Made by a program: the position numbers and the translations under genes. The notes beneath the pieces are model-generated. The model made no database searches. It saw only the letters and a list, made by a program, of their open reading frames with translations, and was not told the DNA's origin. A DNA stretch of 39,717 bases from Methanoregula sp. Its GTDB lineage: Archaea; Halobacteriota; Methanomicrobia; Methanomicrobiales; Methanospirillaceae. Shown here in pieces: positions 9,790 to 19,399 of this stretch (the stretch's first letter is position 1; the number at the start of each line of letters is the position of its first letter). The DNA lies in NCBI GenBank assembly GCA_041652215.1, contig JBAZHU010000001.1, positions 1 to 39,717 of the forward strand, read 5' to 3'.

Positions 9790-11126
9790 CCGAGACGCCC
9801 GGTATCCGGTATTATGATGTGCGGCAGGTGAGCGGGCAGTCCACGCATATCGATGTCGACAAGGGCATCGTGGAATCTGCCGGTGTCACTTTTTTTAACA
9901 AGGCGGTCATCCGGGCCCTTGGCACCAGGGGATGGGGGATTCTCCAGGTGGATAATTTCCCGCCGGAACACGGGAAAAAACTTGACGGCCTGCTTGCATC
10001 GGCAGCCCGGCTTGCCCGTTTGGCGGACGATGAGATTAATCTGGGGGATGCTCCCCGTGCAATCCTTCCCGTTCCGGGGGTTAAAGAGGACTGCCGGGAC
10101 ATCAGCCTTGCCGAGAAAGCTGACCTGCTCCTTGCGATTGAAAAGGCCGCAGACCTTCCGTTTGTGACCAGCCGGCGGGCCAATTACACCGAACGGATCG
10201 AGACGGTCCGGTTCCTTGACAGTTCGGGCAACGAATATTCCTATGAGAGCTGCCGGTCCGGGTTCGGGGTCGTTGCTGTTGCATCCCGGAACGGAACCAT
10301 CCAGATGAGTTATGAGTCCGATCACACCCTCAAAGGGTTCAACCTCCGGCACCGGGAGGATATGGGCAGGAAAGCAGCGGGAACCGCACTTGCCCTGCTC
10401 GATGCCCGGGCAGTAAAGGGCGGCACGATGACGGCGGTCCTTGACCCGGAGCTTGCCGGTGTCCTTGCGCATGAAGCGGTCGGCCATGCAAGCGAAGGCG
10501 ACCTCATCGGGGAAGGAAATTCAGTCCTCAAAGGCAGGACCGGGGAGAAGATTGGCGACGACCATCTTACAATTGTGGACGATCCCACGCTCAACGAGTT
10601 CGGGTTCGAGCCGGTGGATGCCGAAGGTATTGCGGTCAGACGCACTGAGATCATAAAAGCCGGGCGGGTCAATGCGTTCCTTCACAACCGGGAGACGCTT
10701 GTCGCGATCGGGAACGGCGTTGCCGGCCATGCCCGTGCGATGCCGGGGGAGCCGCCGCTTGTGCGGATGAGCAACACCTTCATCGAAACGGGCGATGCGG
10801 CCGATGAGGAGATCTTTTCCGAGTGCAAAAACGGGATCTTCCTTGCCGGCTCTCGGGGCGGTCAGGTGGACCCGGGCCGGGGCGTCTTCCAGTTCAACGC
10901 GGAATACGGGTATCTCATAGAGAACGGGGAGAAGACCCGGATGGTCCGGGACGTCTCGCTCTCGGGCGAGATCCTAAAAACACTCCACGGGATCGTCCTG
11001 TGCGGGAAAGAGCGGGTCATGCACCCGGGATACTGCGGGAAAGGCGGGCAGAGCGTGCCGGTAAGCGACGGCGCCCCGCTGGTGCTCCTCAAACATGCGG
11101 TGGTGGGTGGCAGTGGCGTGGATTGA
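9786..11126 (+). CDS. tldD: TldD metalloprotease subunit
   Basis: [12 protein letters not shown] (HExxxH), DDPT, RMSNT, C-terminal CGKGGQ. Confidence 0.93.
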   Translation: MTETPGIRYYDVRQVSGQSTHIDVDKGIVESAGVTFFNKAVIRALGTRGWGILQVDNFPPEHGKKLDGLLASAARLARLADDEINLGDAPRAILPVPGVKEDCRDISLAEKADLLLAIEKAADLPFVTSRRANYTERIETVRFLDSSGNEYSYESCRSGFGVVAVASRNGTIQMSYESDHTLKGFNLRHREDMGRKAAGTALALLDARAVKGGTMTAVLDPELAGVLAHEAVGHASEGDLIGEGNSVLKGRTGEKIGDDHLTIVDDPTLNEFGFEPVDAEGIAVRRTEIIKAGRVNAFLHNRETLVAIGNGVAGHARAMPGEPPLVRMSNTFIETGDAADEEIFSECKNGIFLAGSRGGQVDPGRGVFQFNAEYGYLIENGEKTRMVRDVSLSGEILKTLHGIVLCGKERVMHPGYCGKGGQSVPVSDGAPLVLLKHAVVGGSGVD

Positions 11127-12402
11127 CGACCTCTTAAAGCAGGGCGAAAAGCAGGCTGACGAGCTGGAGGTTTACTGGTACTCCGGCCAATCCGTCTCTG
11201 CCGACTTAAAGCAGCGCAAGGTCAGTCTCTGCTCGTCATCGGTTGAGAACGGCCTGTGCATCCGTACGATAGAGAAGGGAAGGATCGGGTCATCGAGTAC
11301 AAATGACCCGGATCTGTGGCAGGCCTGTCTCGATGCAGCCATTGCCGGTGGCCGGCTTGCAGAACCCCAGGAATGGAGAGGATTGCCGGACCCGGTTACC
11401 CGTCCCTGTGGCGATTTCTCGTATGATCCGTCACTTGCGATCGAACCAGAGACCGCTGAAGTCCTGCTCCGCGGAATGCTTGAGGGTGCACTTGAGCACC
11501 CCGAAGCATCGGTCACCTCAGGAGGAGCCGGGCTCTCGTCCGGGGAGGTACACCTTGCCAACAGCCACGGTATCCGGTATTCCCTGCGACAGACTGACAT
11601 CTCGCTCTCGCTTGAGTCCATCAGCGGCCAGTCTACCGGCTACGAGTTCGATCACGCCTGTTCCCTTGACCAGGTACACGCAGCACGGGTAGGGGAACGT
11701 GCTGCGTTTTTTGCCGCACACTCGGCAGGCGGGGAGGATATTCCCACGGGTGACTACGATGTGATCCTCTCTCCCATGGCATATGCTGACCTGCTCTCCG
11801 GGATCTTTGTCCCGGCGCTCTCCGGTCGCAGCGTGCTGCAGGGACGCTCGAAACTGGCCGGGAAGATCGGGGAAACAATCACCGCGCCCCTGATCTCGAT
11901 GTACGATGATCCGCACCGGAAAGGCGCGGCCGACAGTACATGGTTTGATGCCGAAGGAATCCCGACAAAAAAACTCGATTTTGTACGGGATGGCGTCCTT
12001 ATGGGATTTGCGTATGACCTCAAGACTGCGTACCGGGCCGGGAAAACTTCTACCGCGAGCGCGATCCGGGGAGGAGCGGCCGGGCTTCCCGCGATTGGGC
12101 ACCACAATTTTGTAGTTGACGGTAAGCGCGATGAGGTCTTCGATGAACCGGCACTGTACGTTCACGGTATTGTCGGGGCCCATACCGCAAACCCACTGAC
12201 CGGGGAATTTTCTGTAGAAATGTCAAATTCATTCCGGGTAAAAGACGGGGAGCTGGCAGAGCCGGTACGAAGCGCCATGCTCACCGGGAACTTCTTTGAC
12301 CTCCAGGCAAAGGTTTCAGCGCTCGGAAAAGAGAGTCGTACCGTCGGGTCGTTTATTGTTCCCCCGGTAAAAATTAATAAGGTACGGGTCATTGGTAAGT
12401 AA
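11113..12402 (+). CDS. pmbA: PmbA/TldE subunit
   Basis: Lacks HExxH; FDAEG and NPLTGEFS motifs; paired with tldD. GTG start inferred. Confidence 0.9.
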   Translation: MAWIDDLLKQGEKQADELEVYWYSGQSVSADLKQRKVSLCSSSVENGLCIRTIEKGRIGSSSTNDPDLWQACLDAAIAGGRLAEPQEWRGLPDPVTRPCGDFSYDPSLAIEPETAEVLLRGMLEGALEHPEASVTSGGAGLSSGEVHLANSHGIRYSLRQTDISLSLESISGQSTGYEFDHACSLDQVHAARVGERAAFFAAHSAGGEDIPTGDYDVILSPMAYADLLSGIFVPALSGRSVLQGRSKLAGKIGETITAPLISMYDDPHRKGAADSTWFDAEGIPTKKLDFVRDGVLMGFAYDLKTAYRAGKTSTASAIRGGAAGLPAIGHHNFVVDGKRDEVFDEPALYVHGIVGAHTANPLTGEFSVEMSNSFRVKDGELAEPVRSAMLTGNFFDLQAKVSALGKESRTVGSFIVPPVKINKVRVIGK

Positions 12403-12404
12403 CT

Positions 12405-12668
12405 ATGAGCGATATCCTCATTGCCGTCATCCTAATCGTCGCCATCCTTGCCATCGCGTATTACCTGGTAAAAAAACTCGCAATACTGGTCGTCAACGCC
12501 GTTCTCGGCCTTATATTTCTCTTTGTTTTAAACACGCTTCAGGTCATGCAGTGGGTGGGCAAACCCGATCTCGGGTACAGCCTTGCCACCCTCATCATCT
12601 GCGGCGTGGGGGGGCTGCCGGGCGTGCTCGTCCTTGTGCTGCTCGATATCCTTGGGATTACGATATAA
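12405..12668 (+). CDS. BofA (pro-sigmaK processing inhibitor)-family small membrane protein
   Basis: Three hydrophobic segments with NAVLG and GGLPG motifs. Confidence 0.75.
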   Translation: MSDILIAVILIVAILAIAYYLVKKLAILVVNAVLGLIFLFVLNTLQVMQWVGKPDLGYSLATLIICGVGGLPGVLVLVLLDILGITI

Positions 12669-12695
12669 AATAAAAAAAGATCTTCTTTTTTTTTT
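12667..12695. terminator. Bidirectional oligo-A/oligo-T terminator between convergent genes
   Basis: aaaataaaaaaag ... tttttttttt. Confidence 0.55.
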
Positions 12696-12722
12696 AAAGT
12701 TTGCCACTCGTGCCGGACTTTA
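12695..12722. repeat. Solitary copy of the 28-bp palindromic unit of the 34.9-35.2 kb array
   Basis: TAAAGTTTGCCA-CTCG-TGCCGGACTTTA; same AAAGT-N16-ACTTT geometry; shares CGTGCCGGACTTT with 35171-35183. Confidence 0.55.
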
Positions 12723-12758
12723 AAAAATCTATCCGGCCAGCAAAATAAAGAAAAGTTA

Positions 12759-13457
12759 TCAGAACACGTTTGCTTCCGAGTACACCGTCACCTGGGTCTG
12801 CTCGATCTCGTAGGGCTTGATCTCCCGGGAGTGGGCAGACATCCGCATTTTCACCACTTCAAGCGCGAGGTGCACGTCCGTGAGATCGCTCGAACGGACA
12901 TACCGGAGCAGGATAACGGTATCGGCGAGATACTCGATCAGGCCGTGCCGGCTCGAAAAGGAATTGCTTCGGTCGGTTTCCGAGGTCATCATGACGGTAC
13001 ATACTTTGTCCCGCAGCCCCTCGATAAACCGGAACATCTCCCGGCGCCGTTCGGCATCGTTTGCGAAGAGGTCTTCAAAGAGCGAGATCGGATCGATCAC
13101 CACCCGGCTTGCCTGGATCTCACCGATCAGGTTCGGGAGTTCATTTTTGATCCGGTTGTTTGCAAGATCGAAATCCGTTGGATCGAGTTTTATGATGTAC
13201 AGGGTTTTGTTCAGGTACGGCTCTACATCCCAGCCTTTCATTTTCATGTACCCGACCAGCCGATCCTCGCGCTCCTCAAGGCTGATGTAGATCACCTTCT
13301 CCCCCCGTTTGAGCCCGTCCCAGACAAATTCAAGGGAAAACGTCGTCTTCCCGGTACCATATGTACCGATGATCGCGCAGATGCTCCCGGAAAGCAGGCC
13401 GCCGCCCAGCATATCGTCGAGCCCGAGGATCCCGACTTTCACGCGTTCCTGGTTCAT
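12759..13457 (-). CDS. Single-domain KaiC-like (RecA superfamily) ATPase
   Basis: Walker A GTYGTGKTT, SLEE, VIDPI, VVKMR. Confidence 0.9.
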   Translation of the reverse strand: MNQERVKVGILGLDDMLGGGLLSGSICAIIGTYGTGKTTFSLEFVWDGLKRGEKVIYISLEEREDRLVGYMKMKGWDVEPYLNKTLYIIKLDPTDFDLANNRIKNELPNLIGEIQASRVVIDPISLFEDLFANDAERRREMFRFIEGLRDKVCTVMMTSETDRSNSFSSRHGLIEYLADTVILLRYVRSSDLTDVHLALEVVKMRMSAHSREIKPYEIEQTQVTVYSEANVF

Positions 13458-14281
13458 ATGACCATCCTGATATTGCTCACTTCAAACCCGCCTGTCGTGG
13501 ATATCCTCACCGCAAATTTCACCAGGTCCTGCTCTTCCAGGTGGGGCATGACCCCCCGGAACTTCTCAAAGAACATCACCCGCTGGCGGCGCGAGCCGGA
13601 GCTCTCCTCCCACCGGAACAAAAAGACTGCATCGGTGATATCGGCCAGTTCGGTCTCTTTTGCTGCGTCGATGATACCCTTGCTCAGGAGCAGGTAGATA
13701 ATAAAGTTCTTCGTTTTCGAGAGCCGCTGGAGCCCCCGGAGAAAGCCGGTCAGGTCTGCCCAGAGGTTCGGAAGGGAGGTCTGGGTGGCGATATCGGTGA
13801 TCGAATCGATGATGATCATGCTGTTGGGTTCTGCCGCAGCAAAGATATCCGCAAGCCGGATGAAAATATTCGCGTGCTCGGAGCGTTTCTGGAGCCGGGT
13901 CAGCGTGTTGCTGTGGCTGTACCAGAAGTCGGGTACGATGCTCCGGTCAAAATAGAGATCCGAGAGATCTTCGAACCGGATGGCAGTCATACCCTCAGTC
14001 ACCCCGTCAGCATGGAACGACTGGATAATCTCGTGGCGGACGTCGGCCTCAAGCCGGGTAAACGTGATATACACGATCTTTGCCGGGCACATGGCGCCGG
14101 CATCAGGGAGCCGGCTCATGCACTCGAGCGAGTTTACCGTGGAACTATAGGCAAACTCATAGTGTCCGGCCCCAATCTCCCCGAGAAGGAGGATCATGGT
14201 GCCCGGAGGGATGCCCCCTTCAAGGATAGGATCGAGCGTTGCGATCCCGGTCGGCATTCTGGTTTTTTGTGTTTCCGGCAT
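13454..14281 (-). CDS. KaiC/RAD55-like protein with degenerate Walker A
   Basis: PTGIATLDPILEGG, GEIGAGHYEF (no GKT), IIDSI, EKFRG; 4-nt overlap with the downstream gene. Confidence 0.85.
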   Translation of the reverse strand: MPETQKTRMPTGIATLDPILEGGIPPGTMILLLGEIGAGHYEFAYSSTVNSLECMSRLPDAGAMCPAKIVYITFTRLEADVRHEIIQSFHADGVTEGMTAIRFEDLSDLYFDRSIVPDFWYSHSNTLTRLQKRSEHANIFIRLADIFAAAEPNSMIIIDSITDIATQTSLPNLWADLTGFLRGLQRLSKTKNFIIYLLLSKGIIDAAKETELADITDAVFLFRWEESSGSRRQRVMFFEKFRGVMPHLEEQDLVKFAVRISTTGGFEVSNIRMVI

Positions 14282-14541
14282 CTGGTACTCCAAGATTCCA
14301 TAAAACGTTTTTAGGAAACTCTCATGGGCATTGTGATAAAGATATCTGTTAAATCCGTTCAGGCGTTCTGTTTTTTTTAAAAAAGAGTAACAGGATCGGT
14401 GTCCGGGTAAAAGGAAAAAACGCATGAATCACGTCATCCCCGTAAGGGTATACTATGCAGTTTACGTAAAACACTATTTATATACGAATATCCCGTAGTA
14501 TAATCGGGAGCATATAAACGCTCTTCGTGAGGTACGGGTTT

Positions 14542-16284
14542 ATGCGACTGAGTGAATTTTTTGCAGGACTAAAAAAACACGAACCCAGTACCGGGAACGT
14601 CACGGAGGATACCGATCTTTTTAAACTGCATGCCGGTGATACGGGGGACTCAGTTCCTGCCGAAAAACCCGTTGCAACGGATGCCCCACTGCAAAAAAAG
14701 CATGCCGCAAGTTACCGGTATTATTTCCGGTTTTTTAACACAAAAAAGAACGTTACCCACGAAGAGTACGATTTCCAAAAGCACGGTACGCTGGTTACCG
14801 GTGAACTGCCGGAAGGGTATTCACTGCTCGACCAGTACTGGATTGAAGAGGGCCGGACGCTGGTATATATCGCCCTCAACAAAAAAACCAACCAGACCGA
14901 GTATCTCCTTTTTGAACCGCCGCTGTCGGATTTCGAGCACGAACTCCTTGAGCGTCTTCACGAGGATCTTCTCGATGTCCTGATCCTGACATCGGATGAA
15001 ATTAAAAAGGATCGCCTGAAGATCCTGCTTGCCAAGGTGCACGACCTCCTCAACGATTACGGCATTTCGCTTGACCCGTCCGCACGTTTCAGGCTCGAAT
15101 ATTACCTGGTAAGGAACTTCATCGGCTGGTCGCGTATTGATCCCTTAATGAAAGATCAAAACCTCGAGGATATTTCCTGTGACGGGAGCATGATCCCGAT
15201 CTTTTTGTACCACCGGAAACACCGGAATATCAGGACCAACATCGCGTTTGAAGCTGACGTACTCTACTCGCTTGCCATCACTCTTGCCCAGCGCTCAGGC
15301 AAGCACATTTCGACCGGTTCCCCCATGCTTGACGCTACCCTGCCTGACGGCTCGCGGTTGCAGCTGACGCTCGGGACTGAAGTGACGACACGGGGAACTT
15401 CCTTTACCATCAGAAAATTCCGGGAAGATCCTTTCTCGCCGATCGAGCTCATGGAGTACGGCACGTTTTCAAGCGACGAACTGGTCTATTTCTGGCTGGC
15501 CATAGAAAACGGCATGAGCCTGCTTTTTATCGGGGGGACCGCATCCGGGAAGACATCATCGTTAAATGCGGTCTCGCTCTTTATTCCCCCCAGCGCGAAA
15601 GTGGTAAGCATCGAGGACACGCGGGAAATCACGCTCTACCACGACAACTGGATTGCGAGCGTTACCCGGGACCCGCTGATGGAGGGTGGCAGCGCCATCA
15701 ACATGTTCGATCTTCTCCGGGCCGCCATGCGGCAGCGGCCGGAGTATATCCTCGTCGGGGAAGTCCGTGGCCCCGAGGCGCAGACACTGTTCCAGGCAAT
15801 GAACACCGGCCACACTACGTTTTCTACCATGCATGCCGGCAGCGTCGATGCAGCTATTCACCGTCTGGAGAGCGAACCCCTGAACGTGCCGCGCAACATG
15901 ATCCAGGCATTAAATGTCATCAGCGTACAGGCGCTCATCTACCGGGGGACCGAACGGGTGAGACGGGTACAGGAGGTTGTCGAGATCGTCAGCATCGATT
16001 CGGCGACCGGGAACCTCCAGGTAAATAACGTCTTTACCTACGACCCCGTTCACGACCGGACCTCGTACACCGGGAGATCGCGTGTCTATACTACAATTTC
16101 CGAGAAACGCGGGTGGACAAGGGACCAGCTCGATACAGAGATCGCGGTGAGAAAAAGCCTGCTCGAGGAGATGCATAAGCAGGAGATCCGTGATTATATT
16201 TCAGTCGCCTCGCTCTTCCACAACTACCATATCAACCGCGCAGAAGTACTCGCCCACAGCGACGATCTTAGAAAGGTACTGTAA
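14542..16284 (+). CDS. Type II/IV secretion / archaeal type IV pilus assembly ATPase (PilB/ArlI-like)
   Basis: EDISCDG, GGTASGKTS, SIEDTRE, RQRPEYILVGEVRG, TGH, TMHA. Confidence 0.95.
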   Translation: MRLSEFFAGLKKHEPSTGNVTEDTDLFKLHAGDTGDSVPAEKPVATDAPLQKKHAASYRYYFRFFNTKKNVTHEEYDFQKHGTLVTGELPEGYSLLDQYWIEEGRTLVYIALNKKTNQTEYLLFEPPLSDFEHELLERLHEDLLDVLILTSDEIKKDRLKILLAKVHDLLNDYGISLDPSARFRLEYYLVRNFIGWSRIDPLMKDQNLEDISCDGSMIPIFLYHRKHRNIRTNIAFEADVLYSLAITLAQRSGKHISTGSPMLDATLPDGSRLQLTLGTEVTTRGTSFTIRKFREDPFSPIELMEYGTFSSDELVYFWLAIENGMSLLFIGGTASGKTSSLNAVSLFIPPSAKVVSIEDTREITLYHDNWIASVTRDPLMEGGSAINMFDLLRAAMRQRPEYILVGEVRGPEAQTLFQAMNTGHTTFSTMHAGSVDAAIHRLESEPLNVPRNMIQALNVISVQALIYRGTERVRRVQEVVEIVSIDSATGNLQVNNVFTYDPVHDRTSYTGRSRVYTTISEKRGWTRDQLDTEIAVRKSLLEEMHKQEIRDYISVASLFHNYHINRAEVLAHSDDLRKVL

Positions 16285-18221
16285 TGAATTTCCGGCACTC
16301 CCTCCAGAAATGGCTGCTGCGCGATCGGCTCCGGTACCATGGCCTTCACTCAGATCTGATCTCGTCCCGCTCCGGCCTGACGCTCGAACAGTACCTCTGG
16401 AGATCCATCCGGATTTCACTTGTCTCCGGGGTTTTTTTCGGTGTGCTGGGATACATGGTGAGCCGTTTTTTTGCCCGCCAGGTCGAATCCGGGAAGGGTG
16501 TCTATAACGTCTTAAATCTCCAACTGCCCCAAAGCCTGGCATTTTTTACCAGTACCGGGTTTGTCGTGGCTGCGAGTATCGTCGTCTCGTTTCTTTTTGG
16601 GGCGTATTTGACGTACCTTCTTCTGCTCCGGTTCCCCAACATCGAGAAGAAAAATCGGGTCATCAAGATTAACCTGACGCTCCACAACGCAGTTGCCTAC
16701 ATGTACGCGATGCGCCGGGGCGGGGCGCAACTGATGCCTATCTTTTCCGCCCTTTCCGAAAATGCGCATGTCTATGGCGAGGTCGCGCTCGAGTTTCGTC
16801 AGGTTGTGCGGGACGTGGACTTTTTTGGATCTGATGTCGTAACGGCCCTCCACCACCTTTCAGAAACAACCCCTTCGGAAAAACTCAAGGATTTCCTCGA
16901 AGACCTGCTCTCTGTTATCGGGAGTGGGGGGGACATGTCGGAGTTCCTTGCGAGCCGGGTGCGGCTCTACCAGGAAGAGGCACGCTTTGAGCAGAAACAG
17001 TTCCTGACCATTCTTTCCATGGTGGCAGAATCGTACGTGACCCTCTTTGTTGCCGGCCCGCTCTTTCTTATCATCATCATGGTGGTCATGGGGATGATGG
17101 GCGGATCGGCAGTTCTCCAGCTTTCGCTTATTATCTACGCGATTCTCCCCATCGGCTCGCTCGTCTTTATCCTGCTCATCGATCTCATTTCAGGAAAATC
17201 GGAAAAGACCGAACGGTACACACGGGCGAAACTGCTCAACACGTACGCGGATGTCCCGGTCATCAAAAAAACCGGCGAAGAACCGCTCTTTGAGCAGCTC
17301 AGGAAATACGACAAGATTCGGACACTGGCGCATTACCTTCGGCATCCTCTCGAAAGTTTCGTGAGTAATGCCAATCACACGCTGTTTATCACCATACCCT
17401 TGGCAGTAATCTACGTGGCGCTCGTTATTCACAGCGTTCCCCAGTACGTGGATCCCGAACTCTTTATCGATGTCATTGACGATCACATCGTGATTGCACT
17501 TCTGATTGTTCTTATACCCTATGCGATATTCTACGAGATCTGGGCCCGGAAGGTCCGGGGTATTCAGGTTATGATCCCGGATTTCCTGGACCGGATGGCC
17601 GGGATTAACCGTGTCGGCCTGACAATCGCGCAGGCTATCGGAATTATGGTCAACACCAACCTCGGCCTTTTGAGTTACGAGATCCGGCGGATCAAACGGG
17701 ATATGGACTGGGGCGTGAACTTTTCCGAGGCGCTCATGCGCTTTGAACAGCGGATCAGCACCCCGTCCATTGCACGGACCGTCACCCTCATCACAAAGGC
17801 GAGTGAGATGAGCGGAGAAATCGGCGAAGTGCTTGCGATCGCCGCAAGCGATGCGAAGATGAGCGAGACCCTCAAAAAAGAACGGCTTGCCGAGATGTTC
17901 ATCTATACAGCGATCGTTTATCTCTCGTTCTTTGTGTTTCTTTTCGTCGTCGCGGTGCTTTCCACACAATTCCTGCCGGTCCTCGCAAATATCGGGACGA
18001 CGGGACTTTCATCGGCGACCGCCGGGCCGCTTTCCGGCATAGGATCGGTGCCGATCAAGGCGCTCGACCGGCTTCTCTACCATGCATGCCTGGTTCAGGC
18101 GCTCTTCTCGGGCCTGATCGCAGGGCAGATGGGTGAGTCCTCACTCTCATCCGGGGTAAAACACTCCTGCATCCTCTTAATCATCGCCCTTGTCACCTTC
18201 AATTTCATCCTTGTGGTCTAA
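16284..18221 (+). CDS. T2SS-F family membrane platform (fused TadB/TadC, PilC/ArlJ-like)
   Basis: Two T2SSF repeats with multiple TM helices; TAATG coupling to the ATPase gene. Confidence 0.92.
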   Translation: MNFRHSLQKWLLRDRLRYHGLHSDLISSRSGLTLEQYLWRSIRISLVSGVFFGVLGYMVSRFFARQVESGKGVYNVLNLQLPQSLAFFTSTGFVVAASIVVSFLFGAYLTYLLLLRFPNIEKKNRVIKINLTLHNAVAYMYAMRRGGAQLMPIFSALSENAHVYGEVALEFRQVVRDVDFFGSDVVTALHHLSETTPSEKLKDFLEDLLSVIGSGGDMSEFLASRVRLYQEEARFEQKQFLTILSMVAESYVTLFVAGPLFLIIIMVVMGMMGGSAVLQLSLIIYAILPIGSLVFILLIDLISGKSEKTERYTRAKLLNTYADVPVIKKTGEEPLFEQLRKYDKIRTLAHYLRHPLESFVSNANHTLFITIPLAVIYVALVIHSVPQYVDPELFIDVIDDHIVIALLIVLIPYAIFYEIWARKVRGIQVMIPDFLDRMAGINRVGLTIAQAIGIMVNTNLGLLSYEIRRIKRDMDWGVNFSEALMRFEQRISTPSIARTVTLITKASEMSGEIGEVLAIAASDAKMSETLKKERLAEMFIYTAIVYLSFFVFLFVVAVLSTQFLPVLANIGTTGLSSATAGPLSGIGSVPIKALDRLLYHACLVQALFSGLIAGQMGESSLSSGVKHSCILLIIALVTFNFILVV

Positions 18222-18330
18222 AGGCACAAGCAAAACGCCGCGGCGAAACCAGCCAGGCTTGTGCAAAAACGGGTGGAAACAAACATAAATAATACCCGGA
18301 AGGAGATTAGAGTAGTGAGGTGATTGGAGC

Positions 18331-18486
18331 ATGTGCAGTGTTGGCGGACCAACGGACATCGATCTTCCCGAAGATCGTGTCGCGGCAAAAAATTACCGGT
18401 GCAAGGAATGTGGCGAACGGTTCAAGGGAATCGGCAAACATCCCATGTGCCCGTCATGCCAGTCAGAAGACGTTGCCGAGATATGA
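18331..18486 (+). CDS. 51-aa Zn-ribbon microprotein, not in ORF track
   Basis: SD GAGGTGA at 18317; MCSVGGPTDIDLPEDRVAAKNYRCKECGERFKGIGKHPMCPSCQSEDVAEI*; ATGA overlap with the next gene. Confidence 0.85.
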   Translation: MCSVGGPTDIDLPEDRVAAKNYRCKECGERFKGIGKHPMCPSCQSEDVAEI

Positions 18487-18947
18487 ACGTTTCACTCGGT
18501 AACGATGTCCTGATGGTGAAGGGACTCCATTCTTTTCTGCTCGCAGCCTCAGTCAACGAGGCGTTTCCTCTCTGCATCGAGTCAAGCGATCAAGAATACT
18601 GTCAGGGTGTCCGTCCCGGGGATCTCGTGGTGGTCTCCGCACCCGGCTCCGGCCCGGTCGAGCCTGCCCTGATGCTTCTCGAGCTGGTCAGGACGTACCA
18701 CCTGCCGCTCATCGTCCTCCCTAAAAACCACCCGGGTTCGAAACGGATTCCCTATGTGGTATCGGTAGGGCCGGAGATCCAGACAAACTGTTCGATCGTC
18801 CGGGGGACGCACCCGGAACAGCACCTGGTCTGTTCATCGGATGAACTTGCGGGGCTCACCCTTGCCGGGACCACGGACGGGATCGCAATCGACAACCTGC
18901 CGGCAGCCATTTCGTACGAAGTCATAAAAACGGAAAAATATTGTTGA
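18483..18947 (+). CDS. Hypothetical protein (154 aa)
   Basis: True start inferred at ATG18483 from the ATGA overlap; globular, with HPGS and RGTHPEQHLVC motifs. Confidence 0.75.
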   Translation: MNVSLGNDVLMVKGLHSFLLAASVNEAFPLCIESSDQEYCQGVRPGDLVVVSAPGSGPVEPALMLLELVRTYHLPLIVLPKNHPGSKRIPYVVSVGPEIQTNCSIVRGTHPEQHLVCSSDELAGLTLAGTTDGIAIDNLPAAISYEVIKTEKYC

Positions 18948-19069
18948 TTTTTAAAAAACACCGGTTTTATTGAGATTTCCTGTAAACCAGACAGGGTGTA
19001 AAATCGTAAATAACAATACATATATTGGGAATTTCACCAACTAATGTACTGCCGTGAGTGGAGGGTTGG

Positions 19070-19399
19070 ATGAAAACTGAGGTCTTAGACGACATCAAGA
19101 AAACTGAAACTGAATATCAGTCGATGATCAGTGCGGCGCAGGAAGACAAGAAGAAACGACATTCCCAGGCCGAACTGGAAGCTGATAACCTGATTACGAA
19201 GGCGCAGAGCAATGCTGAACAGTACAAAAAGCTGAAACTGGAAGAAGCACGGCACCAGGCAGCCCAAAAGCACGCTGACATTATAAAAGAAGGAAATCAG
19301 CGTTCAGCGGCATTGAAAGAGAAGGGAAGTAAGAACCTTTCAAAAGCAGTGCAGCTGCTGGTATCGCGGTTTAGGGAGCAGCTGCATGTTGGCGCCTAA
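19070..19399 (+). CDS. atpH: A1Ao ATP synthase subunit H
   Basis: Charged helical protein at the head of the operon; SD GGAGG. Confidence 0.85.
   Translation: MKTEVLDDIKKTETEYQSMISAAQEDKKKRHSQAELEADNLITKAQSNAEQYKKLKLEEARHQAAQKHADIIKEGNQRSAALKEKGSKNLSKAVQLLVSRFREQLHVGA

Noticed and set aside
7804-12668. lonB-tldD-pmbA-bofA as a RiPP or novel proteolytic cluster
   Set aside because: No precursor peptide or modification enzyme is visible; it looks like an ordinary housekeeping proteolysis operon.
18320-18502. ORF 18320-18502 and the N-terminal extension of 18324-18947
   Set aside because: The third frame encodes a clear SD-led Zn-ribbon protein (18331-18486).
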